NCBI RefSeq assembly: GCF_001194135.2
Contig: NC_068989.1
Location: 73,320,598-73,384,597, forward strand
DNA: 64,000 nt
Source: Octopus bimaculoides
Taxonomy: Eukaryota
Reading direction: 5' to 3'
This document shows positions 12,220 to 23,799 of the stretch, one piece after another. Numbering within the stretch: position 1 is the stretch's first letter; each line of letters begins with the position of its first letter. The position numbers and the translations under genes are program-made. Below the pieces are notes generated by a model. The model made no database searches. It was not told the DNA's origin and was given only the letters and a program-made list of their open reading frames with translations.

Positions 12220-12680
12220 CACCCAAAAGGTCCCTGAATAAGGGTTGTTTAAGGGTGTTGAACAAAACACCCATGTTTCCAAAGGTGAATTATTAAAACC
12301 CCAAAGAATTCCTCTCAACATATGGCTATGATGCTCTCCCACTCTTTCTGCTAGTGTTCAGAGATGCACATATCATCAGCAACTAAGGGACATGCTCAAC
12401 AGGTTATGTTCAAACAATTTGTTTGACCATAACAAAGGTTATGGACAAGCAAATCTATGGTATTGAGCAGAATATTTGCTGAAGCCCATCTTTTATACCG
12501 AGAAAAACAATGTACATGATAACACTTCCAGTCAGTTAAGATGAGAAGCCATGAAAGCCACTGCCTGGTATTGCATCCGGGTATTTGTAATAAATAATAA
12601 TAATAATAATAATAATTATGATTATTATGATTATTATTATTATTATTATTAGTAGTAGTAGTATTAGTATTAGTAGTAGT
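12220..12680 (+). mobile_element. Unclassified retroposon-like repeat ending in (TAA)n/(TTA)n/(TAG)n
   Basis: It truncates a SINE A head at 12165-12218 and ends ..GCATCCGGGTATTTG followed by a triplet tail at 12590-12680. Confidence 0.45.
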
Positions 12681-12684
12681 ATTT

Positions 12685-12900
12685 AGGCAGCGAGCTGGCA
12701 GGATCGTTAGCGTGCTGAGTCAAATGCTTAGCGGCATTTTGTCCATCGCTACGTTCTGAATTCAAATTCCGCCTAGGTCGTCTTAGCCTTTCTTCCTTTC
12801 GGGGTCGATAAATTAAGTACCAGTGAAATAATGGAGTCGATATAATCGACTAGTCCCTTTCCCCAAAATTTCAGACCTTGTGCCTTTAGTACAAAAGATT
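12685..12900 (+). mobile_element. SINE family A copy, full length, CpGs retained
   Basis: AGGCAGCGAGCTGGCAGGATCGTTAGC..GAATTCAAATTCCGCC..TTTCGGGGTCGATAAATTAAGTACC. Confidence 0.9.
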
Positions 12901-12907
12901 ATTATTA

Positions 12908-12940
<33 letters not shown>

Positions 12941-13491
12941 GCAAATCTACCCATCTACGATGGAGGCATAAAATGGGGGAGCGAAATCATAACAGCATTA
13001 TGTATTGAGAAATGTGTAAATGGACTTGATAGATTACTGGGTGATGTCTTAGAAAAATCACGTTATTGTTGCAGCTATATGACATGTATTTCGTCTAAGT
13101 GACATGTGATGACGATTCACTTCCGAACCGAAATAGACTCCCACCCTCTGTATCATGAATAGTTATGTGGACCACTCCTAACGAAAGCCTAAGGTTCCTT
13201 CGACCACTACATAAAAATATTAAGAAAAAAATGTTATTTAGATATACTTTTATAGTTGTTTACACTATTTTACTCTTGTTTATACTTTCAAAGTTCACAA
13301 ATTTCCTAATTTAAATTATGAATCATTTCTTTCGATAATATCAATATGATTACAAAACTTCTTGGCAGACGATATTTTCTGTTTGGTCGACACTTTGAGT
13401 GAATGATGTCGCCTACTAATACCGAAAGATTGCCTAAATTATCAGCTACCTCCGGTGTTAAAACGGAGGTAGCTGATGAAGTAGAATGTTC

Positions 13492-14061
13492 GGATCTATT
13501 TTAAAACGGGGGCCACATTTTTCATTAATGTTTTACGTAGTGTTTTTGGTACGGAAAGACTTTCAAACTTCGTATACTTATCTATTTTGTGTTATAGAAC
13601 AGAAAAATATTTTTGTAATCAAATTTATTTCATGTAAAAAAATTGTCTTATTTCGATAATTTCAACCAATCACTGACAAGTATTCAGTTGTTTATATTTA
13701 CTCCTTTGGCTGATTAAGCGATGTAAAGCGTATTTAATCTCCATACCTTCGTTTTATTTGCTTTTTTCATTTTAAATTTGCTTTAACCCTAACCCTACGG
13801 TTAGGGTTAGTGTTAGGGTTAATTGTTTCAGAATCGTTTGTTTATGTAGTCGGCACTTAATGTATATCGGCTGAATGGACGTCAGTGATTGGTTGAAATT
13901 ACAGAAATACGACAACTTTAACATGGAATAACTTATGGATTTCTTTTTTTTTTAAAGAAGACTAAGAGAAAAAGATGTTTTATATGACACATTCTACCAG
14001 TGTTCCAAGTTTCAAAGTGTTTCGTTAATGAAAAATGTGGCCCCCGTTTTAAAAAAGATCC
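13492..14061. mobile_element. Palindromic (foldback) non-autonomous TIR element with a telomere-like core
   Basis: Ends GGATCTATTTTAAAACGGGGGCCACATTTTTCATTAA / TTAATGAAAAATGTGGCCCCCGTTTTAAAAAAGATCC. Inner inverted pair AATTTCAACCAATCACTGAC / GTCAGTGATTGGTTGAAATT. Centre TAACCCTAACC-CTAC-GGTTAGGGTTA. Confidence 0.88.
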
Positions 14062-14345
14062 TAAATTTTTCCTTCCTTCTGGAGTCAATAAAATAACTAG
14101 CAACAAAAGTTTTGTGACTATATTACAAATCAGTACCAGTTGAATCGATAGTAATTGACCACACGGCGGATCTTCAGAATAGCTTTATTTATTTATTTAT
14201 TTATTTATATTCCCATGTTTCCTACAGCAGGAATTACGATTACCTAATTCCTTGCACTTTTCCATTCTCATGAAGTAGTGAAAGCTACCTGAAACTATAA
14301 TGACCATACTTGCATTTCTAAAATAACAAATATATAATGCAAGCC

Positions 14346-14750
14346 TGGCTGTGTGATAAGAAGCTTGCTTGCCAACCGCATGGTTCCGGGTTCAGCCCCA
14401 CTGCGTGTCACCTTGGGCAAGTGTCTTCTACTATAGCCTCGGGCCGACCAGAGCCTTGTGAGTGGATTTGATAGACGTAAACTGTAAGAAGCCTGTCGTA
14501 TATATATGCATGTATATATGTACATAAATATGTGTGTTTTTTGTTTGTCCCCCCCCCCTCCCATCACCGCTTGACAACCGGTGTTGGTGTGTCTGTGCTC
14601 CGTAACATAGCAGTTCAGTTAAAATAACCGATAGAATAATTGCTATGTTTTAAAAAATAAGTCCTGGGGTCGATTTGTTTAACTAAAACATTTCAAGGCG
14701 ATGCTCTAGCATCGCTGCAGCTAAATCACTGGAACAAGTAAAAGAATAAG
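14346..14750 (+). mobile_element. SINE family D: tRNA-like head, CORE-like ACCTTGGGCAAGT segment, internal (TA)/(TG) microsatellite
   Basis: GGCTGTGTGATAAGAAGCTTGC..GGGTTCAGCCCC..ACCTTGGGCAAGTGTCTTCTACTATAGCC..(TA)n..GCTTGACAACCG..GGAACAAGTAAAAGA. Many sister copies in the window. Confidence 0.88.
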
Positions 14751-15080
14751 ACAATATAAAAATAAATAAAAATAATAAAAGTTGTGACCCTGAGTCAAAG
14801 TAAAAAATAACAAATCCACCCCACTAGAAAAATACAACTAAAGACATTAACTTTTTTAAACGAGTCAGAAAAGTTTCCTTTTTTAAACGATTCGATTGAC
14901 TAGAAATAACAACTGCCATCTTCCTAGTTTCATAAACGGAAGGACACATTAAATAGTGTGTTCCTAGAAACATTACTGTCTGTAAAGAAAATCAGGATTG
15001 TCACAGTCGGAAAGCCTTTGATCATAAGTCTGTTCAATCCAGGTTATAAAATCTGACACAAATAAACATTAACTTTATTT

Positions 15081-15140
15081 TAGTGGGAGAAGTAATGCCT
15101 GATAGATAATAATATCTATCAGGCATTACTTCTCCCACTA
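15081..15140. repeat. Perfect 28-bp inverted repeat with a 4-nt spacer
   Basis: TAGTGGGAGAAGTAATGCCTGATAGATA-ATAA-TATCTATCAGGCATTACTTCTCCCACTA. Confidence 0.97.
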
Positions 15141-15399
15141 TGACCACAGCCGTACATTATTCCCGCCTGTTTAGTATCGTAACTACTATATCCTTCCTTT
15201 CATTTATATCTATCTATCTATCTATCTATCTGTCTGTCTATCTGTCTGTCTATCTCTCTCTCTATCTATCTATCTATTTATCTGTCTGTCATCTATTTGT
15301 GTCTGTCAGCTTCAAAATATTTGTCTGTGTGTGTGCGTACAACATAGAACCCCCCCCCCCCGTTTTCTAATAGTACCTAGCACTTGCAGGTACCTTCGA

Positions 15400-16127
15400 T
15401 GCGACTCCGTCTGCTACTTTTCTATTATTCTCGCGACACGCCTCTTCTCGCCAAATAAGTTTGTTGTCGGTTGTTTGTTATGATCTCTTCTTTCTTCACT
15501 CACACATCAAGCACATATTCATGCGCGCTCACACATACACACGTATGGATATAAACATACACACACCTGTCTTCTCTATACCTTCTTCCACTTCTCAAAT
15601 TTTTCACAAGTACGAGCGCGCGCACGCATGCAGACCCAAACACACACATTTACACACACCCATCCACATATATACATAAAGTACATGCATATATATTTAT
15701 ATATAAACAAAAATATTTGCAATATACATGTGTGCGTGTATATCTCTCTTTCTCATTATACACACACATATCTATACAGTGAGGTGTGTGTGCATGTATC
15801 TCTCTCTTTCTCTTTATACACACACATCTATATAGTGAGGTGTGTGTGTGTATATATTCATATCGTACGAATATATCTGTTCCGCAAGTCTTAACTCCTT
15901 CGTTCCTTCCTCCTTTCATTTATCTCCCTCTCTCGTACACTTTACTATCGTTTCTCCTCATACTTCTGCTTTTTTAAAATCTCTCTCTATCTCCCTGACT
16001 CTCTTTCTCCTCCTCCTTCTCCGGGTTCTCCTACTCTTCCTCTACCTCCTCCTCTATCGTATAACAACGCTTAAGATCCACGCTCTCTCAAGTTGAGCTT
16101 CGCGCAGTATTTTGTCGTGGTATTGGC
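15400..16127 (+). promoter_or_regulatory. Putative ACER3 promoter / 5' UTR region
   Basis: It lies immediately upstream of the start codon, with CpG-containing patches at 15400-15470 and 16080-16127 and a CT-rich tract at 15890-16060. The TSS cannot be determined from sequence. Confidence 0.45.
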
Positions 16128-16239
16128 ATGGCTCCTCCGTATGGCACGGATACCGCCACAGGCTATTGGGGGACAGTTACCTCGACAATCGATTGGTGTG
16201 AAGAGAATTATGTCGTAACTGAGTATATTGCAGAATTCT
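16128..16239 (+). CDS. ACER3: Alkaline ceramidase 3-like (CREST superfamily), first coding exon: 37 codons plus 1 nt, phase-1 intron
   Basis: It translates to [37 protein letters not shown](W), compared with human ACER3 [35 protein letters not shown] (recalled). Strong Kozak context GGCATGG, an in-frame upstream stop at 16062-16064, and donor T|GTAAGT at 16240. Confidence 0.95.
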
Positions 16240-16361
16240 GTAAGTAATCATTAATTTGTAAACTCGGAGGTATAAAGTACCACCTCTATTACCACTAACA
16301 ACAAAACAAACGAGCAATTACGATTGATTGACACGCTCCTCCAATGATCATTAATAATAAT

Positions 16362-16407
<46 letters not shown>

Positions 16408-16571
16408 GTATTTTTTTGGGCTTAAAAAGCTTGACGTATTTTCTCGTGTTTCGAATGTGAGAGTGATGAAGTAGACGAAGCAAGTGGCATGTTGTGTTGT
16501 TCTTGCATTTCACGAAAGATATTAGCCACATACCTGAAGCGAAATTGGCTCCGAGTCTCGGACTCCTCTTG

Positions 16572-16579
16572 CCGGAAGT
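16572..16579 (+). promoter_or_regulatory. ETS-family consensus site CCGGAAGT, 330 bp into intron 1
   Basis: Exact CCGGAAGT match in a CpG-containing patch near exon 1. It is a single 8-mer and may be a chance match. Confidence 0.3.
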
Positions 16580-18072
16580 TTGCCTCTTACTGTGTTCATT
16601 AACGATAGAAATAATAATAATAACGATGTTGTTGATGTTGTGATGGAGGTAATGATTATTAGTAATGATAATCGTTATAATTTCTTAATTAGTCATGAAG
16701 ACTCGGATGTTATATTGGAAATGGGAGTAGATAGTTATGAAGTTTATGTTTTGTGTTTTTCCCTTAAAAGTATGTAGCTACCTGGAGGGAAGTTAAACGG
16801 ATCTGGTTGCAAGGCAAGCAAGAAAACTACCTGCTGAGTACTTACGGCACCCGCCTTCCTTAGTGATTCTAAACGATAATGGTGGGAGTTTTAATAGTAA
16901 TAGTGATGGTTATGATGATAATAAAATTCCACAATAATTCAGTCCAGATCTCAGGAGGAGGTTGGAAGCTGAAGTAATGGTTATTTTATTGTTACATATC
17001 GAGTGTAGCAAACAAACGTTGAAATGTCCGGTTTCATCCATTCATTTTTCAGCAGACACGAACTAATCGAGAGAGCCTCAACGTAGTTACTCAAATGCTA
17101 GGAATAGCAGCCAAATCTTATCCGGACGCATTGGACAATTCCCAAAATAAACATCGGACGAAATAGTTCTGATCATGTTTGCTTATTCAGGGCTGACCCG
17201 ACGTCCAAGTATCTGACAAATGCATTTATCAAACCAGTGCATCTTGGTTTCTTCCTCGTGGTTCTGTGTTAATTTTATTTGGATACTATGTATGCTTATG
17301 TATATGTGTGTATTTATGTATATACATATGTATGAATTTCTGCATGTATGTGTATGAGATATTTATCCAGTAATTTCTGCAAACTAACTCATATGTCAGT
17401 CAATTTTAGTATCTTCGCGGTTCGTGTCAAATCCTTACATAGTGTGTATGTGTGGGTCCTTCCGTCTACGTGTATGACATTCGTATGTAAACAAACAAAA
17501 CAGGTTGACAATAGAGATTTACTCTAACTCCATCCAAGAATCCGCGTGGAATTATCGTAGTCTTTTTCAGTATTATCAACACTATTAGAATTATTAATAC
17601 CATTATTACAATAAACAAAATAAACATTTGATATGCCATTGTAAATAAGTAGATATACATTCGCATATATGTATGCAAGCGCATTCATATGTACAAAATT
17701 ATTGTAAATATAAACCAAGTGCCTTCCCATCTTATATCGTTATAGTTGATTACATGACTGAATGCTATTTATATTACTAAAGATAGGTAGATATCATGCA
17801 TTTTGAATACGTTAGCAAATAACAAAACAAACACAATGATCGCAACCCAGATGCTTGGTGACAATCAGAAACATTTCATGAATAATATATAATGTTTGAG
17901 GATCATGGAATGCTGTAATGTCTCTTGTTGATCCCATCAGATATCTCTCTAAGCAACATCGTAATTCACTGCTGGTTTCGTATCAGTTTCATTTATCCTC
18001 CCATTTTTCGTTATTTTCTTCGTTCATGGGCATTTCCATAGTCAGTGTCTTTTATTCTTTCACTCTTTGAAG

Positions 18073-18103
<31 letters not shown>

Positions 18104-18242
18104 CCTATCTGTTTTTGTGCGCGTGTGCATGCGTGTGTGAAGGTGGTTGTTTGTGTATGTGTGAGGGTGTTTGTTTGAGTGTGCATGTGTGAGAGTGGGT
18201 GTTTGTGTATGTGTGTGTGTGCATGTGTGACAGTGGGTGTTT

Positions 18243-18273
<31 letters not shown>

Positions 18274-18762
18274 AGTGGTTGAATGTGTTTATAAGCGGGT
18301 GACAGTGTATGCATGTGTTTGTGTGTGTGGGTGATGGACTGGTGGCTGTGTGTGTGTGTGTGTTTATGTATACGTAGTCTGTGTGTGGTATAATATTTTT
18401 ACATTAGTTTTGCAATTATGCACGTGGTTCCGGGTTCGATCCCATGACACAGTAAATAAACAAGCTTCTTTTCCTCCATTGCTTCGAGTTGACCAATAAT
18501 ACCGTGTGGATTGAGTTTAGCAGACGGAAACTATACAGAAGCACATCCGTTTGTGTCTCTCTGTCTATATTTACGCTTTCACCGATCTAACTCGCAGCAT
18601 TGTTTATGTTGTATCACTCCGTCTCGTACCTTAGCTGTTTTAAAAATTGAATTCGATAAGACAAGCAAGTTTGACTGTAACGTGTCAAAGCGCTTCTCCA
18701 GTATGATCACAGCCCAATAATTTTTATACGAGTAGATTACACACACACACATATATACATAC

Positions 18763-18814
<52 letters not shown>

Positions 18815-19290
18815 NNNNNNNNNNNNNNNNNNNNNNNNNNNNNNNNNNNNNNNNNNNNNNNNNNNNNNNNNNNNNNNNNNNNNNNNNNNNNNNNNNNNNN
18901 NNNNNNNNNNNNNNNNNNNNNNNNNNNNNNNNNNNNNNNNNNNNNNNNNNNNNNNNNNNNNNNNNNNNNNNNNNNNNNNNNNNNNNNNNNNNNNNNNNNN
19001 NNNNNNNNNNNNNNNNNNNNNNNNNNNNNNNNNNNNNNNNNNNNNNNNNNNNNNNNNNNNNNNNNNNNNNNNNNNNNNNNNNNNNNNNNNNNNNNNNNNN
19101 NNNNNNNNNNNNNNNNNNNNNNNNNNNNNNNNNNNNNNNNNNNNNNNNNNNNNNNNNNNNNNNNNNNNNNNNNNNNNNNNNNNNNNNNNNNNNNNNNNNN
19201 NNNNNNNNNNNNNNNNNNNNNNNNNNNNNNNNNNNNNNNNNNNNNNNNNNNNNNNNNNNNNNNCCTAAACACGTATTCATTTGCACACGC

Positions 19291-19425
19291 GGGTTAGGGA
19301 TAGGGTTAGGGTTAGGGACAAGGTTAGGGTTAGGGTTAGGGATAGGGTTAGGGTTAGGATCGACCACTCAAGACTAGCTAGCGCGGACGCGCGACTGCGC
19401 GTTCGGGCCCGCGCTGCTTTAGTAG
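19291..19425 (+). repeat. Degenerate (TTAGGG)n array followed by a GC-rich hairpin; probable Helitron-like 3' end
   Basis: About 11 TTAGGG/ATAGGG units at 19291-19358. Hairpin AGCGCGG-ACGCGC-GACT-GCGCGT-TCGGGC-CCGCGCT at 19380-19415, then GCTTTAGT. Confidence 0.65.
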
Positions 19426-20323
19426 TACCTTGTTTATATATATATGTGTGTTTGTGTGTTTGTCCCCCCCAACATCGCTTGACAACCGATGATGGTGTGT
19501 TTACGTCCCCGTTCGGTCATGAACTTAAATGCTAAAGGGGTAAAAAGTGATGGTTAGACATCTAGAAAGTCTGGTTATCTGGCAACCCTCTAATCCAGAT
19601 AGGAGTGAGTGTTCTGTATATGTGGGGGTGCTGAAAAGATGCTCGCTTTAAGGGGGTAGTAAAAGGCAGATTGGAGGCCCAACCTTCTGAGTTCAGCCCT
19701 CGCTATTTCTTCTCATGTCCTTTCACTTCTGCAAGTACCTTGCACTTGGATCATTCGGCCCTTATTTACCAAACTGTTCTCTTTCATATGCATCATGTCT
19801 GAACCTATGTGATCTCTTATACCCAGTTTTCTTCTCCTCATTTCCTCCTCGCCGTCACACCAGTGCATCCTCTAAGCTGTGTGTTTGTGTGTGCACATGT
19901 TTTACAGCTAATACATGCGCAACAAAACAAGTACAACCTCCTTTTTTCTAGATGAAGATACTGGTGCAGCTGTGTGGTAAGAAGCTTGCTTTACAACCAC
20001 ATGGTTCCGAGTTCAGTCTACTGCATTGCACCTTGAGCAAGTGTCTTCTATTATAGCCTCGGGGCGACCAAATATATACATCTTTATCTTATGATATTTA
20101 CTTTGTTTTATATTATACTCATTTATTGTGCATTTAATTATTAATTTTTCTATATGTGATAGTGGATTTTCTTCGATGAGTTATTGAAACTTGGTTCTTT
20201 TCCCTAAAACTACATATTTTTATTATAATCTATAAAACTCAATTTAATTTTAATTTTTTATAAATTGATTTGAATTGAGTTTTTACCTGTAATTTTGGAT
20301 TTTGTCCCTAATATTATTATTAT

Positions 20324-20357
<34 letters not shown>

Positions 20358-20529
20358 TATATATGTTTGTGTGTGTGTGTGTCTGTGTGTATGTGTTTAT
20401 ATGTGTGTGTGTACTTATATATACACACACACACATATATAATATATATATGTATATATATATATATATCATATATGTATATATATATATATATCTATCA
20501 TATATGTATATATATATTATATATATGTA

Positions 20530-20560
<31 letters not shown>

Positions 20561-20597
20561 ATATATATATATATCATATATGTATATATATATTATA

Positions 20598-20629
<32 letters not shown>

Positions 20630-21488
20630 NNNNNNNNNNNNNNNNNNNNNNNNNNNNNNNNNNNNNNNNNNNNNNNNNNNNNNNNNNNNNNNNNNNNNNN
20701 NNNNNNNNNNNNNNNNNNNNNNNNNNNNNNNNNNNNNNNNNNNNNNNNNNNNNNNNNNNNNNNNNNNNNNNNNNNNNNNNNNNNNNNNNNNNNNNNNNNN
20801 NNNNNNNNNNNNNNNNNNNNNNNNNNNNNNNNNNNNNNNNNNNNNNNNNNNNNNNNNNNNNNNNNNNNNNNNNNNNNNNNNNNNNNNNNNNNNNNNNNNN
20901 NNNNNNNNNNNNNNNNNNNNNNNNNNNNNNNNNNNNNNNNNNNNNNNNNNNNNNNNNNNNNNNNNNNNNNNNNNNNNNNNNNNNNNNNNNNNNNNNNNNN
21001 NNNNNNNNNNNNNNNNNNNNNNNNNNNNNNNNNNNNNNNNNNNNNNNNNNNNNNNNNNNNNNNNNNNNNNNNNNNNNNNNNNNNNNNNNNNNNNNNNNNN
21101 NNNNNNNNNNNNNNNNNNNNNNNNNNNNNNNNNNNNNNNNNNNNNNNNNNNNNNNNNNNNNNNNNNNNNNNNNNNNNNNNNNNNNNNNNNNNNNNNNNNN
21201 NNNNNNNNNNNNNNNNNNNNNNNNNNNNNNNNNNNNNNNNNNNNNNNNNNNNNNNNNNNNNNNNNNNNNNNNNNNNNNNNNNNNNNNNNNNNNNNNNNNN
21301 NNNNNNNNNNNNNNNNNNNNNNNNNNNNNNNNNNNNNNNNNNNNNNNNNNNNNNNNNNNNNNNNNNNNNNNNNNNNNNNNNNNNNNNNNNNNNNNNNNNN
21401 NNNNNNNNNNNNNNNNNNNNNNNNNNNNNNNNNNNNNNNNNNNNNNNNNNNNNNNNNNNNNNNNNNNNNNNNNNNNNNNNNNNNNNNN

Positions 21489-21531
<43 letters not shown>

Positions 21532-21544
21532 CAATTTGGTGTCT

Positions 21545-22490
21545 CTTTCATTTCTTTTTTCGAGTGTCTTCTTTAGCTCTAGTAGCAAGCACTTCAAGAT
21601 AATACAGCAACGTCAGTCTTTGGGGATGACACCTCCTTATACCACACGATTGGTTAAGCAGGCAACTAGCATGTAACCTACTTTACCTGTGAGATTTTGC
21701 AGCATCTTATAGCTGTCTTTGCTGGTTAAGCTGCTTTCCCTGTCCTCGTGTCACTAATAGTGCTTTTGATCATACAGTACATTGTTGTCAGTTTCAATAA
21801 CTGGTCTGTTCCTTGGGTCTACATGGAGTAGCCCTCCTCTCTCTCTCTTACACCTCCCCAGTCAACAAGTTTTATGTAATAACATTTCTATTTATTTTTT
21901 CTTCTCAACATCAGTAAAAGCAAGTGCAATGCTGTCATTATGTATACACATTTCACCAGTGTCAACTTAATCAGCACTAACATACTTCTTTGCAGTTTAA
22001 AAAAAACCATACATCTTGGATCCTTATGTCACACAGTGTTAGCAAATCTCTAGCTTGCAATTTTCCTATTTGCTAAGTATACCAGATATCTCACATCGTG
22101 TTTAGCTATCCGATATTGTTCCTTGCCACCCATTTCTTTCATTCTTTATAGGCCTGTCTTTTAGCTTTTTTCAGCACTGTTTACTATTCTGCCAACCTGT
22201 CACCTTCTGCCTGGCTGGATCATTGCCCCATCCATAGATCTGATGTGTGACTCACACTATTTTGTCTGATAGAAACTTCCAATTGTTTTAAATGTTATTC
22301 TTGTTAAACACACCACATAGTGCATCTTTGAACCTACATTTGGCCAGTGATCTTTCAGCTTTGATATTTTCCTTTCCCAGATTCTCTTGTGTTTCTGTCA
22401 AGGTTCTTATTGTGAAATCATGAGTTGACACAACTATCAGTTTGTCCCATTTCCAGGTGAATATGACATCTTTCTTACTCGTTCAACCTG
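21545..22490 (-). mobile_element. Decayed RTE-clade LINE fragment (region between the endonuclease and RT)
   Basis: Minus-strand translation resembles RTE ORF segments (K.TWWWN..V..A..KR.AWK, GVIP.DW, KG.ALER.NY), heavily mutated. Confidence 0.7.
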
Positions 22491-22524
22491 GTTAGTAGAC
22501 AATTCCCCTATTTTACTACCCTAG

Positions 22525-22660
22525 ATTGCTACTTTTTTATTGATCTCAAAAGGATGAAAAGGAAAGTTAACCTCAACAGGATTTGAACTCAGAACACAGT
22601 GAGAACAAATACCAGGTAACATTCTACCTGATTCCCTAACAATTCTGCTGAGCTGTTACA
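22525..22660 (-). mobile_element. SINE family A copy, CpG-eroded
   Basis: TTTTATTGATCTCAAAAGGATGAAAAGGAAAGTTAACCTCAACAGGATTTGAACTCAGAAC. Confidence 0.7.
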
Positions 22661-22724
22661 AAGATAGGAGGAGGGCACAGAGAGAAACCTAACATAATAG
22701 GTGAGAGACACCTATATCTAAACA

Positions 22725-23450
22725 GTATACATCCCAGCCTTCTTCACAACCATGTCAGTTTTGCTATGCTTCCATGGATGGTATGGGTTTTCTCCAGCAC
22801 AGCATGTCATTCATTGCTGCCCTTTGTGCTTTTCTTCATAAGGTTCAGCTTCTTGAGAGCAGTCTTCAACAGTTTGTTCCATGTCTTTCTAATCCTCCCA
22901 CTTCTACATTTTCCCTCTGCTTCAACTGCTCAGCAATTCTTCATGCAATTCATATCTGCTATGTGTATCACATAACTGTGCAGTCCTCTCTCTTGCACAT
23001 TACGTTTGGTTCCTAATATATCCAGCTTTTCTCTTGCCTCATTAGTGCTCTGTCATTCATGTTCATTAATATCGCATACCCAGCAGTTCATGTTTACCTC
23101 ATTTCTTCTCAGTCATCACATATCCTCCTTGTTCAAAACTCACATCTTGCTATCTATCATGCAACATTGCATTTTGTACACAAGCATCTTATACTTTTTC
23201 CTTTACAATGCGAAGTACTTTGTTGCTGGCAGTTCTCTGAACTTTTACCACCTTGTTGTTACTCTGGCTACCATCTTTCCTTTGCTCCTTAGGTTGTCTA
23301 GGGAACAAAAGTAATTAATTACATTTTGGTAGCTTTCCTGGTATTTTAATGAGTATATTTTACATGCACTTTTAGCACTGACTGCCCTTGTGCATCTGCT
23401 ACATCGGAAAGGTGTTTTCTCTGCAACATTGGTCCATCCACGGTTTACAC
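22725..23450 (-). mobile_element. Decayed RTE-clade LINE 3' end
   Basis: Minus strand gives FRCSRC, a FCSLDNL..TRW.KFREL-like segment, DACVQNAMLH, REKLDI and R.RKTWNKL. This is the typical RTE post-RT order. Confidence 0.75.
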
Positions 23451-23605
23451 TGGATGTATTATATGTGTGTGTGTGTGTGTGTGTGTCTGTGTGCATGTGC
23501 CTACATACACTTATTTACTAATGCAATCATATTCATAGATATTTAAATATTCATAGATACATATACACACACATATATACACATACACATGCATATATAT
23601 ATCTA

Positions 23606-23673
<68 letters not shown>

Positions 23674-23799
23674 TATGCATGTATGTGTACATATGTACAT
23701 ATGCCTGTATACATGTGTATATATGTACACATAACCTGTGTATATAATGGATGTTATATAGCGTGTGTGTGTGTGTGTGTGTCTGTGTATTGATAGATA

